Part shown: piece by piece, positions 1-15,100 of the stretch
Layout of the letters: every line of letters starts with the position of its first letter
Numbering within the stretch: the first letter of the stretch is position 1
NCBI GenBank assembly: GCA_963514005.1
Contig: OY740813.1
Span: 9,672,001-9,736,000, forward strand
Reading direction: 5' to 3'
Source: Raja brachyura
Taxonomy: Eukaryota
DNA: 64,000 bases
Translations under genes and position numbers: made by a program
Notes under the pieces: generated by a model
What the model saw: the letters and a program-made list of their open reading frames with translations, nothing else
Databases searched by the model: none
Told to the model about the DNA's origin: nothing

Positions 1-53
1 AGGACAAATTTATATGTTTAATCAAAACATGAATTGTGTTACTTGCAACCTAC

Positions 54-179
54 ATCATCTTTACTCCGCCGTAGTTGAGTCAATTCTGTTTTTGTTCTGC
101 TCAATTGAGCCTCAAGGTCCAGGATTTTGTTCTGTGCAGTCCGCTCCTTTGAAGTAGCTCTCTCTCTGGATTGGTCCAC
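54..179 (-). CDS. ODF2: ODF2 (cenexin extension) exon (VDQSRERATSKERTAQNKILDLEAQLSRTKTELTQLRRSKDD)
   Basis: tgtag acceptor, gtaggt donor; final exon lies left of the window. Confidence 0.92.
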
Positions 180-3100
180 CTACACAAACAAATGGATATG
201 GCCATAACAGCTAAACTTTTCCTGTTGAGGATTTGTCTTGCATACCAGGAATTGTTTCATCTCATAGAAGTGCGAGTAGAACGGCTTCATGGTAATTGAC
301 AAAATAAAACAATGGAGTAAGGAAATTCAATGGATTTTTTTTGAGAAGCATTAGCATCTGTAATAATGCACTTAAAAAAGTGGGATGAAAGCAATGAAAC
401 AACTTTTAAATATAATTTAATCATTTGGAAAAACATCATTAATAGTTCTTGTTGTGATACAGATACCGGACCACAAAGTACAACAGTTCTAAAATAAATT
501 GGCAGTGGTGAGACTTAAAATGAATAGCAAGAATCTGACATTAAAATTATGGGCTCAGGGGTCTTCTGCACAAGTCCAGAACTTCACCTGCATCTCCAAA
601 AACTCACATCTACCACCTCAATGGCTCAGGGCAATGGAGGCACAGGAACATCCTCTCCATAATCACCTTGTCAAGATCCTGCAGGATGTTATATGTTTTA
701 ATGTCATTCTCCTACACAAGACTCGTCTGCCCAACCCATCATCTAAGACTATCTACGCATTCCACGTACCAGAAAATCTTCTAGAAACAAAGAAAGTGCA
801 GATGCTGGTTTATACCAAAGATAGATACAAAATGCTGGAGTAACTCATCGGATCAGGCAGCATTTCCGAAGAAAAGGATATGTTTTAATCTTTCCTTAAC
901 AAAGGAGACAAATACTGTATTGCAGATCTCACCAATGCCCTATATACTGGGGCTAAATGACCTTACTGCTCTCTTCCTACTGTTAGTAAATCCCAACTAA
1001 CTAACCTGGCGCCTGGCATCATCGATGGAAGTCTCCAGCTGACGAGCTAGGCTAGAACACTCACGGGATTTCTCCTCCAAACGCTGCTGATTATGATGAA
1101 TTGTGTCCTCCCGTTGTGCCACCACCAGTGTTAGCTCTCGATTATGTGTACTGACATCTTCCAGTTTCCTACAAAAGTGATCAATGCACTCTTTAAGATG
1201 CAATATCCTTACAGTTCACAAATTGCTTTGTCTGTATTTGTAACAAGACATACCATTTAATTTTGATTATTCCATTCAGCCCCCCTTTAAAGAAAAAGTA
1301 GGCTTCAACCTCACTCCAGGGATTGAGCGCTTAATCAGGCAGGGGTAGTGATAATCTTTGAGATGTGATATTAAACTGTTGCCAATTTAGCTATTCTTAT
1401 AGTTCGGGAGTATATTGACCATCCCATAGCATGATTAGGGTTACTTTCTCATTGTTAGGTTTAAATGGTGGAACTCTGTATCAACAGGGCCATCTGTAGC
1501 ATTAAAAATGTGAAAGTAGATGAGAAAACGAATTCTCCCAATATTCTGGTCATGTTTTCTACAAATACCAGAGACTGATTAACTTTTCATTCACCTCTTC
1601 ACTGTTTGTGGCAGCACACCAAGCACAAATAGCTGCCACCTTTGAGCATATTGTGCAAATTATGTTAAGAAATTTGACATTATGTAATTTACCCTGGTGA
1701 GAACGTTTATGTTATTGGAATATAAACATATCTCATTCAACTCGCCAAACAAGTTCAGGATTTAACCAATTCCAAAAAGTCAAAGTCGTAATTGCACACT
1801 GCAAAATGTTTTGCAAGGATGTGACTATACCACCATGAAATGAAATATTTTACATCTGGCAGTGTTGATCTGACTCTTCAAGAAAACATGGCCTCATGGG
1901 TATATGCATCCCCTTAATTCATTACCCATCCGTGTTATCCAAATATTGTCATTTCACTTGTTTATTGGCTTTGTACTCATGATTGGTTGATAATTTTTGA
2001 ACGTTTGCAAGGAATGCACTTTTTAACAAGTGACAGACAGTGCAATAATTTCATTTTAAAATTTGGTAGAAAGTTTATCAATTTTCAATCAAAGCTCAGG
2101 TTAGGCTACATCATTGCACAATAGTATTTGGATCTCTCCATCCCATCTCCTTAAAGACACATTCCATTGCAGAGATGCAAAAGATTTGTTTAGAATCTGC
2201 AGCAAATTAGATAAACTGATTTTATCATGAACTGGGTCGTTTCAAACAAAAATCTAGAATAGTTGGGAATGATGAATCGGAAATTCCAATACCTGGCCAA
2301 ACAAGCCAAGGAAACAATAGCCGTTTTAAGAGCAGGTCATTAGGACAAGGGGGAATAACTTGTTAACAGGTAAGAAATCTCGCTGAGACACCAACCCCAT
2401 AAAATGTACAATAAGGCTATATACATTTTATTTTAAATGTGAAGGAATAAATAATTTCCTCTTACAATATAACAAGAATTTCAGTGCGAACTACCTCCTT
2501 TAAATTACACTCAACTAACCTTTCCAAAGTTTCAAATTTCAACTTTAAATTATGATTTTCTTCTTGCACACCGTGATACTTCTCTCTTGACCTTCCACCT
2601 AGTTCCTCAATCTGTGAAAATAAGGAATCAAACTGCAGAAAGTTAAAAATAACTAAATTTAATGTATAGACATAAAAAGCTGGAGTAACTCAGCGGGACA
2701 GGCAGCATCTCTGGAGAGAAGGAATGGGTATTGTTTTGGGTCTGGACCCTTCTTCAGACTGGTTAGGGATAAGGGAAATGAGAGATATAGACGGTGATGT
2801 GGAGAGATAAATAACATTGAATGAAAGATATGCAAAAAAGTAACAAAGCAACAGGCCATTGTAAGCTGTTTGTAGGGTGAAAATTAGAAGCTAATGCGAC
2901 TTGGGTGGGAGTGGGATAGAGAGAGAGGGATAATGTGTTAGTCAACATTTCAGGCAGAGATCACGCATCAGAACGGAAGACGAACAGGAAAGATTTTCAG
3001 CATATAGCAGGACAAAGGAGGATGGGATAGATGGTAGATACAAAATGCTGGAGTATCTCAGGCAGCATCACTGGAGAGAAGGAATGGGTGACGTTTCGGG

Positions 3101-6100
3101 TGGAGAACCTTCTTCAGACTGATCATGGGATCAGACAGAGGATGGGATAGAGGCAGGTGGGGGACAAGTGGAACTAGATGAGCAGATGTAACCAGGTGGT
3201 GGAAGATAATGGGAGGGATGAACAAAGGAAGAGGAAAACTAGGTAGACATTTGAATGTTCGTAAGAGGAGAGAACCAGAAGCACGTGTTATTTTCCAACT
3301 GCTGTTTTTTGTTGAAAACACAAAATAATGAAAGCTAGCCACCACTGCCAAGAAAAGTTTAACCTCCACGGATTTATACTGGCTATCCCATTGGTAGCTT
3401 CTCATCCACATACATTTAGTAAATACAATAGTCAACAAGACATGTGTCAAACTAGAGGCAAGGAATAAATTGAGACAACTGCTAGAGCAAAGCCAGAGCT
3501 TTCTGGTTTTTGCAGTGAGTTATTAATCACACACTTTAGTGGTTTTGTTTAAAACCTTGCATCCCACATTTCACAAATGACTTATGTAAGCAGTTATAAA
3601 AGCTATTTTACAAACAGCAAACTCTCACATGATACAACATAAATTAATTTAGAGTTGTTGACTGCCATTAATATAGAACCTTTTACATTCAGTTAATCAC
3701 GGAGTTTAACATAAAAAGCTACATAGACAGAATTTCCAAACCTCCATCCTGAGATCACATATAATGGAGGACTGATCCACATTTTTCTTCTCGTACATGG
3801 CCAGCTGCTGCTGGCAGTCCTGTAGTTTATGTTCGGTTAACTTCAACAACTCAGGAACAGATTCGAGATCACTCAGTTTTTTCTGCATTTGTCTACGCAC
3901 CTGCAGCAGAAATACAGATAATAAAGGGACCGTCAAAAGTATATTCATTGCTGTAAACCAAAATGTTAATACCATAAACATTTGAAAACAAATGCCCTAT
4001 TGTTCCCCAGTACATTCATCCAGTAATTAACCGAGTCATCTGAGAAGAAGGATGTTGCCAGACCCCACTAAAGCTGCGTACTAAAGCTGGAAATATGTTA
4101 CACTGCTGGACTAGCATACAAAATAGTTCTCTGATCTAATGCAAGTCAAATTCAGGTTAGTTTATTGTCACATACACCCCAGTGCAATGAAATTCATTGT
4201 TAACAAAGGGGAAAGAGAAAAGTGAAGGAGTTGAATTGATAAAATAAGCTTTTTGGTCAGCAAAATTAATGTCATGTAGATTTATCTTTAATAATATCAA
4301 ATGACTTTTCACAAAAAAAATTTCCAAAATGTATTATTTCTGTTAAACTCTAGCGAAATAGAACGGTAATTAAACCTTCAAGGCCACATTTCTAAATAGC
4401 CGCAGTTATAGACACCATTCTGTTTCCCTTTCTATCTCCATCTGAAGGGCCAGTGGAGAATTTTAAAATATAAATAATAGCCGCTAGCATAAGGGAATTA
4501 TTTCCTACTTCACAACCAGTGGTCACCTGGTCAATTTCGATATTCACTTCATCTTTCAGTAACTTGTTCTCCCTCTCTGCCTTCTCCAGCTTTATATTGT
4601 AATCATCTGCCTCCAAACGTGTCTTTATCACCTAGATCCATTGACAAGAATTTTATTACATTGGAATTTTAAAATAGTGAAATGCAAAATTTGACAAACT
4701 TTGCCACACAAAGAATATACCCACTTTATAATTATATTCAAAATCCCTATAATGAAGCTGTTGAATATTTTGTCAGCATTGCCAATGTACACCTCCCTCA
4801 ATGATTAACCACAGGGATTGTAAAGTAATTTTAATTCACATTTAATGTTTATTTTTACTATCGTCTTCTTACATTGTACAAAAACCTTCTCACGCAACCA
4901 CACAAAGAAAATTAACATTCCCTCTGCATTGGAAGAACATCCAAAATTGTGAGTGCCAAAGGTTGGATCATAGGATTAAAATTACAAAAAATATTTGGAA
5001 ATATTGGTCAAGCACACTCTCAGATGTTCCAAAATCCCCAACTATTTACCTGAGATTTGTAACTGTCCACCAGCCCTTCATAGTGTTTGATAGAGACTTT
5101 TAGTTGTTGCATCTCAGTCTGAGCAAACATGAACTTTTCCTCCAAAGCATTCATATTTGCCTAAATATGTTTGGGAAATACAAAAATATTCAATGTGGGG
5201 TTTGCTGTGATTGCAATAAAAATGTCAAATTAATCATTTTAACATTCTAGTCTGCTTTAAAATATCCTCTTGGGTACATTGCACAGTGATTGCACACTTA
5301 CAGAATCATGCACCATATTGCCCAACATCTAATCTTAGAGTAACTCAGGGGACTAATCTATATCCCAAGAAGGTCTTTCAAATGCAAACTCAAAACACAC
5401 CACTGAAACAAGATCACATATGAATCATTAATTTAGTTTAATCTACACAAGTATAAATTAAGATAATATATATGAATCATAAATAATATTCCCCATCCTT
5501 TAGATGCTATTTTGTTGCAGAGTAGATTAGTCTACTATCAAGGACAAAGGAGGGAATCTATGCTTGGAGTCGGAGGATGTAGGCGGCATACTAAATTACT
5601 ACTTTGCATCTGTATTCACCGAGAAGGAATTGGACAGGAATTGGAGATCGATGTGAAGAATACAAATAAGCTGGGGCAGTTTGAGATCAAGAAGGTGGTG
5701 TTGCAGAGGCTCTTGAAGAGCATGAAGGTGGATAAGACCCCAGGGCATGATTGGATCTATTCTGGGTTATTGAGGGAGGCGATTGTGGGGGCCTTGACAA
5801 GGATCTTTATTTTTTTTCTCTAGCAAGGCAAGATTTCACAGGCAAGATCCCGAAATACTGGAGAGCGGCCAGTATTGTTCCTTCGTTTAAAAAGGGAAGT
5901 AGGGAGAATCCAGGGAATTGGTTCAGCAGCATGATAACGTGGGAAAGATGTTTTTTCGCCTGGATGTTCAGGTTTTCAACCTTCTATATGTTCTCCCGAA
6001 ATGTAGAAGAGAAAAAAGGGATTTCTCTGTCTTTGACAATATTTCCAGCCTTCCTGATGCAATGTACTACAAAGATAGTCCAGATGGAAGGAAGTGATAA

Positions 6101-9100
6101 GCTTGTGCAGGCATGGACAGTGTTCATCAATCTCTATCGGTTCAGGCAACCAAAAGCAGTGCAGTTGTCATACTAGTCCTCGTGGACATGCCAAATCGTC
6201 TCAGCTGTATAAAAACGTAAAAACTATGATGCACTCCTTGATCATTTAATCAATGCGAGGGGTCCAGGCAAGGTTTCTGGTGAAATTAAGGGTAACGAAC
6301 TGTCCATCGACTCCATCTGGATTGATCGCTTTCCAAGAGTTTACCCTCATGAAAGTAGATGTGCCACCGAGATGGAAGAGGACACCTTGGTAGAACTTTC
6401 TTTATTTCAAAATGGGTGTAAAAGGAAGAATGCATTGTTGCAAGAAATCACCCATGATTTTAACTTTAGCCCATGATGGTATTTAGGTCCTGCCACATTT
6501 GCATGGCCAGTTGACTTTTATACACCTTGACTTTTATATTACCTTCATTGTCTCATTCTCTATTTTGATGGTTGTGCTTTCTGAGGACATCTTGTGCAGT
6601 CTGTCCACGAGTGAATCCAGGTCTCCTCGAGCCTTATCCTCCACATTATGACTTTGATCCAGTAGATCCGTAACACGGCTGCCAGAAGAAAACTTATTAC
6701 CTTAAAGATACTGTCCACATGATCTCCTTTTGCACATACAATTCATTTCAGGTCAAAATCTTTGTTCATATGTTGGCAACATTAAAAAATGCCAATGTAA
6801 TTAGTCAATTGAAATTTGTTTTGCAAATAGATTTAGTTTATGCTTTTGCTAGTTTGCAGCCACTAAGTGTATTGTTATCACCTTATATCCTGCATTACTC
6901 TCCATTTGAAAAACTTGTAATGCCAAAGAAGATCATCTGGCTAAGGAAAGGGAGTTATGTAACACATCAAATAAATTCAATGCCTCATAAATGAATATCA
7001 ACAGCTGTGTTGCAAAGGTAATTGTTGTTTCAGAAAATAAAACGGTCACAATATAAAACCGAGCTGCATCTCTACTTCACCACAGTTTTGCATCACATGG
7101 TTTTTAAAAAAATAAGAATCACATTTCAAAAATGTGTTTTAAAAATAGACTTTAAGGCAACTTTGGGTCCTAATGTATCCCATAATACTTCATAAACTGA
7201 ATATTAAGACAATCTGGTTTATTTGTTCAAAAATATTTAAACAGTGAAAAAGGAAACTCTACTGAAGGTCAACCTGGGAAAAGCCATGAGTAGATACCAT
7301 AAACAATTGCTATCTTGCTCAAACGAGCACTGCAAAGTCTCAGTGCAAATTCACAATTAAAAATACTAATCATGGCTAATGTACGATCAGACTAAATTAC
7401 ACCAAGTTTGTATTTTTTCCCGAATTGTTCAAGCTCTCAAATTTCTTACTTGTTCAAGATTGAGATCTCAATCTCCAGTTGACTCTTTTCTTTCATCACC
7501 TTGTTATAACGACTTCTCCAAGTCTCAGCCGATGACAGCGCATCTGCCAACTGCGTCTCCTATAAACAAGCCAACCACACAAGGTTCACAATGAAAGTGA
7601 CATTTTATTACTGCTCGTTTTAAATAAGGAATGTAAAGTTAAAGATACTACAACAAAAATTACAATGTAGCTTATTTTCTAAAAAAACTTAGTTATTTGG
7701 GTACATAGTTGACATGTCTAAAGACAGAGTTTTAGACAACTCAGCGTTATATTTCAGTGTGGAGGAAGTAAACTTCTGCCTTTCATCATTTGCTCCAGGT
7801 ACATGGTATGATTAATTCAATTCAATATATACTTGTTATTCAATTTCAGTTTTAGATGCCAACATTCCATGGCACTCTATTTCCCGATACTAATTGAATA
7901 CCTTGCCAACAAGCTGGGAATTAAGCAGCTCGACTGCATCTTCACTGCGTTCAGCTCGTTGTTTCTGAGCCTTTGTGGCTTTCTTTAAGGCCTCCTTGTC
8001 TCTGTCCCCTTTGTTTTGAAACAATCTTAATTGCTCTGTTAAGTAGTCCACTTGCCCTTTCTGCTGCGCAATGGTACGCTCAAAATTCTGAAGGAGTAAT
8101 ATTAGAACAAATTGAAAACTTCAGCTGGAGACCATAAAATATAGAACAGAACATGTAAAGGTAGTCCAGAAATGACATGCACATATATATAGCAAGTTGT
8201 TGCATCCCTTAAAATCTACTAAATAATTACAATTTAAAAAATTAGTTTTGCATTTAATTGATGTTGGTACAAATAGCGGCTATTTTGCATGAACAGAAAT
8301 TCTACAAGAGTGACAATGAGAATAATGATGATTTAAACCACTTTCAATTGTGTTCATTTGATGAGCAATATAGGGCAACGCACTTGGAGAACATGCTGCT
8401 GTTCAAACACTGTCGTGAGACCTTAAACATACATCTGAGCATATAATTATGGCAAGAGCTGATTATCTCACTAAGTGGTATCCCTAATCTCTCAGTCCTA
8501 CGTTTAAGCACCAATTTAGATGCTTAGTTGGACAGGAGTGCAACAGTGAAGAATACACGCATGTATCTCTGTGGGAGGTCATGGAGTCGGGTAGCCCTCC
8601 AGATGTCCACATCTGCGCCAGGTGTGTCGAGATGGGGTTCCTAAAGGAGTGTGTTAGGAACCTGGAGCAGCAGCTCGATGACCTCTGTCTGGTCAGGGAG
8701 AGTGAGGAGGTCATAGAGAGGAGTTACAGGGAGGTAGTTTCTCCAAAACCACAGGAGGCAGACATGTGGGTCACGGTTAGGAAAGGCAAAGGGCAGAGGC
8801 GGGCACTAGAGAGTACACCAGTGGCTGTACACATTGGAAATAAGTACTCCTGTTTGAGTGCTGTTGGGGGGGGACAGCCTACCTGGGGGTAGCAACAGAG
8901 ACCTGGCCTGCGATACAGACACCGGCCCTGTTGCCAGGGTCCGGGATGTGTCTGAACGTGTCCAAGATATTCTGAAAAGGGAGGGAGAGGAGCCTGAGGT
9001 CATGGTATATATTGGTACCAATGACATAGGTAAAAAAAGAGAAGAGATCCTGAAAGGAGAATTTAGGGAGTTAGGAAGAGAATTAAGGAAAAGAACCGCA

Positions 9101-12100
9101 AAGATAACAATCTCAGGATTACTTCCTGTGCCACGCGACAGTGAGAGTAAGAATGGAGAAAGGTGGAAGATAAATGCCTGGCTGAAGGACTGGTGCAGAG
9201 GGCAGGGATTCAAGTTTCTGGATCAATGGAACCTCTTTTAGGGAAGGAGTGACCTGTATAAAAAGGACGGGTTGCATTTGAACCCGAGGGGGACCAGTAT
9301 CCTGGCAGGGAAATTTGCAAAGGCTACCGGGGGGACTTTAAACTAGAATGGTTGGGGGGAGGGACTCAAATAGAAAAAGCCAGTAGACGGGGTCTGAGGC
9401 AGGAGGCAGAGAAGGGAAGCACCCAGACCCAACATGTAGGGGGGAAAGAAGAAAAAAAATAATAAACAGAGAATAAGAGGTGGTGGGTTTCCAGGGCAAA
9501 AATCAAAATGGGCCACTTGTCAACATAATTGTATAAGGAGTAAGAGTGTTGTAAAAACAAGCCTGAAGGCTTTGTGTCTCAATGCAAGGAGCATTCGTAG
9601 CAGAATGGCAGGCAGAGACTAGTGGGGTACCGCAAGGCTCAGTGCTGGGACCCCAGCTATGTACAATATATATTTATGATTTGGACAAGGGAATTGAATG
9701 TGACATCTCCAAGTTTGCGGATGACACTAAGCTAGGGGGTAGTGTTAGGTGTGAGGAGGATGCTAGGAGGCTGCAAGGTGACTTGGATATGTTGGGTGAG
9801 TGGGCAAATGCATGGCAGATGCAGTATAATGTGGATAAATGTGAAGTTATCCACTTTGGTGGCAAAAACAGGAGGATAGACTATTATCTGAATGGTGGCA
9901 AATTAGGAAAAGGGGAGATGCAACGAGACCTGGATGTCATGGTACACCAATCATTGAAAGTAGGCATGCAGGTGCAGCAGGCAGTGAAGAAAGCAAATGG
10001 TATGTTAGCATTCATAGCGAAAGGATTTGAGTATAGGAGCAGAGAGGTTCTACTGCAGTTGTACAGGGATTTGGTGAGACCAGACCTGGAGTACAGTTTT
10101 GGTATCCAAATCTGAGAAAAGACATTCTTGCCATAGAGGGGGTACAGAGAAGGTTCACCAGACTGATTCCTGGGATGACAGGACTTTCATATGAGGAAAG
10201 ACTGGATAGACTTGGCTTGTACTCGCTATATATATGTAATAGAAAGTCAAATCCATGGATACTCATGGGGCAAGTCAGATTATGTTTTATATTTTGGTTT
10301 AGTCACAGCAAATTTTGAAAAGACATTGAAATACCCTAATCTGCACAGCCATGCGATTGTTTTCTGCCTCTTTACTGCGAAGCTGTCCCTGTAGATGGGC
10401 TCGAGTGCTTTCAAGTGATTTGGATAACTCAGCTGCTGCGTGAGCATTATCCTAAAGAGGAAGAAAGAAAGTGGCTCAATAAACAGTTCATTGCTCTTTC
10501 CTGAGTAACAAATTAATTATAATGCCAGCTTACCAAAGCAATGATTTAGTTTTAGTATTTGGTGAAATAGGTTATATCTTACGATCAAAGAAAATGGCAT
10601 ACAACTCAATAATATCTTGCTGATTGGTGGGAAGACTAAGAAGTAATAATTTGGGGACAAAAAAGTTCCAGAACGTGATACTAATACAATCTCCAGTTAG
10701 CCTCAATAATCCATTATGAATTTGAAAGCTTCACATGATAATATCACATTATTTCCCTCCGTAAAGACAAGGCATTTTGATTGAAACAGAACTGTGATGT
10801 AGCTGTGCCAACTCACATGCATGGTTCTAAAAAGGTCTATTGAAAGAGCTACTTTGGAAATGTAATTCTATGTTGAATACACAACCTTCATAGAAGACCA
10901 GGAAATAATCAATATTTATTGTTCTTAATTTAGTTTTAAACCACACAATCCGAGAGTCAGGATATATAAACACTAACTACATTAACATCTCTCATCATTA
11001 TTTTTGTGTTGATCTAAATATTTATTCTCATTAACCACAAATTCATCAATACTGCTTTCCTTGATGTATCTTTCAAAAATTTATCTTGATGTCAAACACC
11101 TTTATCACATCTCAATCTTTATTCTACTCAAGAAAATACCATTCCTCTTCTGTCATTATAACAGTCTCTAATTTCATCTTTCCAATACATCAAATTACTT
11201 AACGGAGGAATTCCTATCAAGTGAAAAACAAAATAATAATTAGACATAGACGACTTCCTCCAAAATCTGGGATGACTGTGCATCTACCAGCACATTAGTA
11301 GGTACGTAACGCTTGAGGTTTATCCGTTGTGCTACTGTCACCAGGCCCTGATTATCCAAACTCAAAGCAATTTATTAAACCCAAGATCATAAAAAATGAA
11401 CTAATCTGAATTGGTCTTCTTTTACCATAGAATCTGACACGCTCACTGACAATGGCTGAGGGATGTCTATTTTCAAAACCAGAAACTTAAAAATGGCAAT
11501 TTGCCAGCTCAAGACCTCACGAAAACTGTGCTGATTACCAAAACTATCAAAATTGGGAAGAAAATCTTGTTCAAATAATTTGTTACTTTCACTTGATATG
11601 GAAATTGCATTGCATGTACATGTTTGGCAACATTTATTCAACAAATTCAGTGAGCTTTATCCAATAGAAAGCCTTACTCAATGGAAATGAAAGTAGGAAA
11701 TTTTTCAACACAAATGTGAGTGGATCAGTGAAAGGAACTATGTAAAAGCATCTGAGAGCTGCATATACAGAATATAAATGTAGCAAAAGGCAAGAGAACG
11801 AAACTGCATACATTGTTAACCATGCACAACCATTTTAACACACAGGCCTGAATATAACAGTGTTTATATTAAATGGAGACAGTAAGTTCAATCTATTGCT
11901 TGTAATGTTTTTTTTCTTTTTATCTCTGCTTACTTTTTCTGCTTGATACTGAGTAAGAAGCTGGTCAGTCCGGCGTTCAATCTCCTGCAGCTTCACCGAC
12001 AAGTGCTGAAAAGGAATAATGAACAATTTAATAAAATTCGTAACTTTAAAAATCCAAATGCTTTCTCAATAATATACTTCTACTTGGCACACACCAATCC

Positions 12101-15100
12101 TTCTATAAGTATTTTGAATTCTCCTTCAGATTTCATTTAAAACTTGTGTCATTTCATTTTCACTCTATGCTGATAAAATTGTCTTTGATTGAAAAAGACC
12201 ACCTAATTCCACCAGCATTACTTCACTCAACCCTGTTCTTCTCTTCGTTCATCCACTGCTGAATTCTAGAGTAAACCAGAGTCAACTACGGCTCGCCTGA
12301 TAGGCCTCTGTCAAATATTTTTCATAAACCCCATCCCATAAGGTTTTGTTGGCACATACCAACCCACACTACATTTATCGGTGACTCCCTGCTCACTGCT
12401 CTGATTTGGCACCTAGTCCAACAACAACTTGCGTTTAAAACTCCCATATTTGTATTAAAAGGCCTCAGAGCTCATTTCTGCCACATACAGTGGCTTGATA
12501 TAGACCAACACAAAGTGGTGCATAATTGTGAAGTGGAAGGAAAATGATGCATGGTTTCCAAATTTTATTACAAATAAATGCGCCATTTTGTGTTGGTCTA
12601 TCACATAAAATCCCAATAAAATACATTTACGTTTGTGGTTGTAACGTGACAAAATGTGGAAAAGTTCAAGGGGTATGAAAACTTTTGCAAGCCACTGTAT
12701 CTGGCTTCTCCTCTGATCCTACTACACTCCAAGAGTTCTGCATTCTACCAACTCTAGCCTCATGCACCTTCCCCACTTCCGTGATTATTACCCTTTCTCC
12801 ACAACTCCCATCATGTCCACTACACCATCCCCTGAATATTTCTCGCTATTCCTTCAAAAACATCCCTAAAAACCTAACTGTTTCATCAGGCTTGTTGATT
12901 TTTTTGCCTCATGTCAATTTATGTGCCTCTGAATTATTTGGGGATTTTTTATAATATGAATTATAATGTTTATCATTTTACAAGCATGATTACATTCACA
13001 TTTTTCTTGCAAATCATCACCATCTTATCTAGAGATATTGTTCTTTCCTAAATAGTCATTATATCCCCAAGAAAAGCTACTTGAGTGAAGAAGACAACAC
13101 AACTGAACCGATTTCTCACATACACAAGTACTGGGAAAAGTATACAATAATGTTATGGGGGAAAAACTACTTTCCAGCCACTACTGAAAGCACAACTAAA
13201 ACATAAACAGATGGCGATACCGGTCAAAGGTAGACACAAAATGCTGGAGTAACTCAGCGGGACAGGCGGTATCTCTGGAGAGAAGGAATGGGCAACGTTT
13301 TGGGTTGAGACCCTTCTTCAGACCAGTCAAGGTCTTTTGCCATAAATAATATCACCAACTGCAATATGTTCTTCTCACCGCATTTTCAGCTTCTGACTGA
13401 GCCAGTTTTTCAAGGAGGGCTTCTTTTAGTTCGAATAGCCTCAAAGCATCAGCCTGGGTTAAAAAAGAAGTGGAGATTAAACCATGAAAAATCTTCCTGA
13501 AACAAAGTAGTTACACAGTACCAGGGCTCAAAAAAAAAAACCCTGGACATTTATTATCAAATGACCCAACTCCAACAAAAGTGAAACAGAAGAGAAAGCT
13601 TTTCTAATTGAGTACAACTAAGGAAGAGAATTGACCAATCCAAGCACGGACAAATTCTTACCTCCTGTGCATGTTGTTCTCTTAGTAGCTCCCGAACTGC
13701 TCGATTTGTTGCATCAAAGGTCTCCAATTTCTGCAATAGCAATTCCTTCTGACGTATTAAGAAGTTACATTCTGAAGTTGACATTTGTTTCTCCTTAATG
13801 CAGAGAAAAAAACAAGTTTTGAGGCACTGCAGTTGCACACTGCAAATTTGGAGAAGAATTTTAAGAAAAGGGACCATTGAGAAATTTGTACTCTACCCTC
13901 TTTGGGATTACCAATCAGTTCATTAATCAGTTTCTCTTTTTCCCTTATCACAGCATTACACATCTGCACTGAATAGTCACAAACTTTTCTATCTGTTTCC
14001 AACTTTTTCTTGACAAAGTCCAGTTGCACATTCGCACCCAATATTTTTGCAAACTCTTACTGATATATCAGTTCTTGAGGAAAAATAATATGATACCATC
14101 CGTTACACCCCCCCCCCCCCCATCCCCTCCAACAACCAGTATTAACCCCAGGAGCCACTTCGATCTGTACCATAGTTTTGGCCAAGATTCCCAAGTTATT
14201 TACAGTATTATGCTCCCATACACATCTTCTGGTACCGTACCTCACAAACAGTAGCTATTTCTTCAGGCATCAATTTCCTAGTTTCAGGAAAACCCATTAA
14301 AAAACACTCCTACCCATCTTCAAGTCTTCAAAAAAACTCTATTTGGACGTTCAACCAAACCGAAATTTCTGTTCCACCTCTCTTCCACCAGTATTTATTC
14401 TCTAATTAAAAAAACGTTTTCTCTTTCTCATTGTTTGTCATTCTTTTCAGTAATAGTTATTTTGTCATACCCACACCGCCCCCCCCCCCCCCCCGAAGCA
14501 AAGCCGAAGGTAAACAATCTTCCGCATTAAACACCCTCAAAATTCATCTCTCAGTCTTGGAATTCCCTTCAACAATCCCATATCTCTCTTTGCCCAAAAC
14601 TGTCTAACACCCCCCCCCTTCCAATTTCCTAATTTGAACAAGATCCTTGGCACAACAACAAGGTGGACACAGGGTCACGCTACGTTCATGGGCATAGAGC
14701 CTAAGCCAAAGCGCAGGGGTACATATCTTCAAGTATTAAGACGGGAAGACCAAGGACACTATAATGATTTACTACTCTATGGAATAACACTATCCACAGG
14801 AGTTCCCTGTGTATCTTGTAATTGTGCAAGACCACATTGCATCAGTCCACAACAGTCAGCAAAAGACCAAACTGCATGGGAAATCAATGAACTAGTAGTT
14901 TCAACTTTAAATGTATCCTCCAAAATTAGCTATTTGATACTTTCCTCTTGGTCTCAGGACAGAATACCAAGTGCGTCAACTTTCTGGAAAGAACAATTCA
15001 ATTGGTGATGTCTTGTACAAATACTCCCAAAATTGAATGGAACATATCTACACACAAGGTAGACCACCACGTAACAACAGATATTTCATGTAATTCAGCA

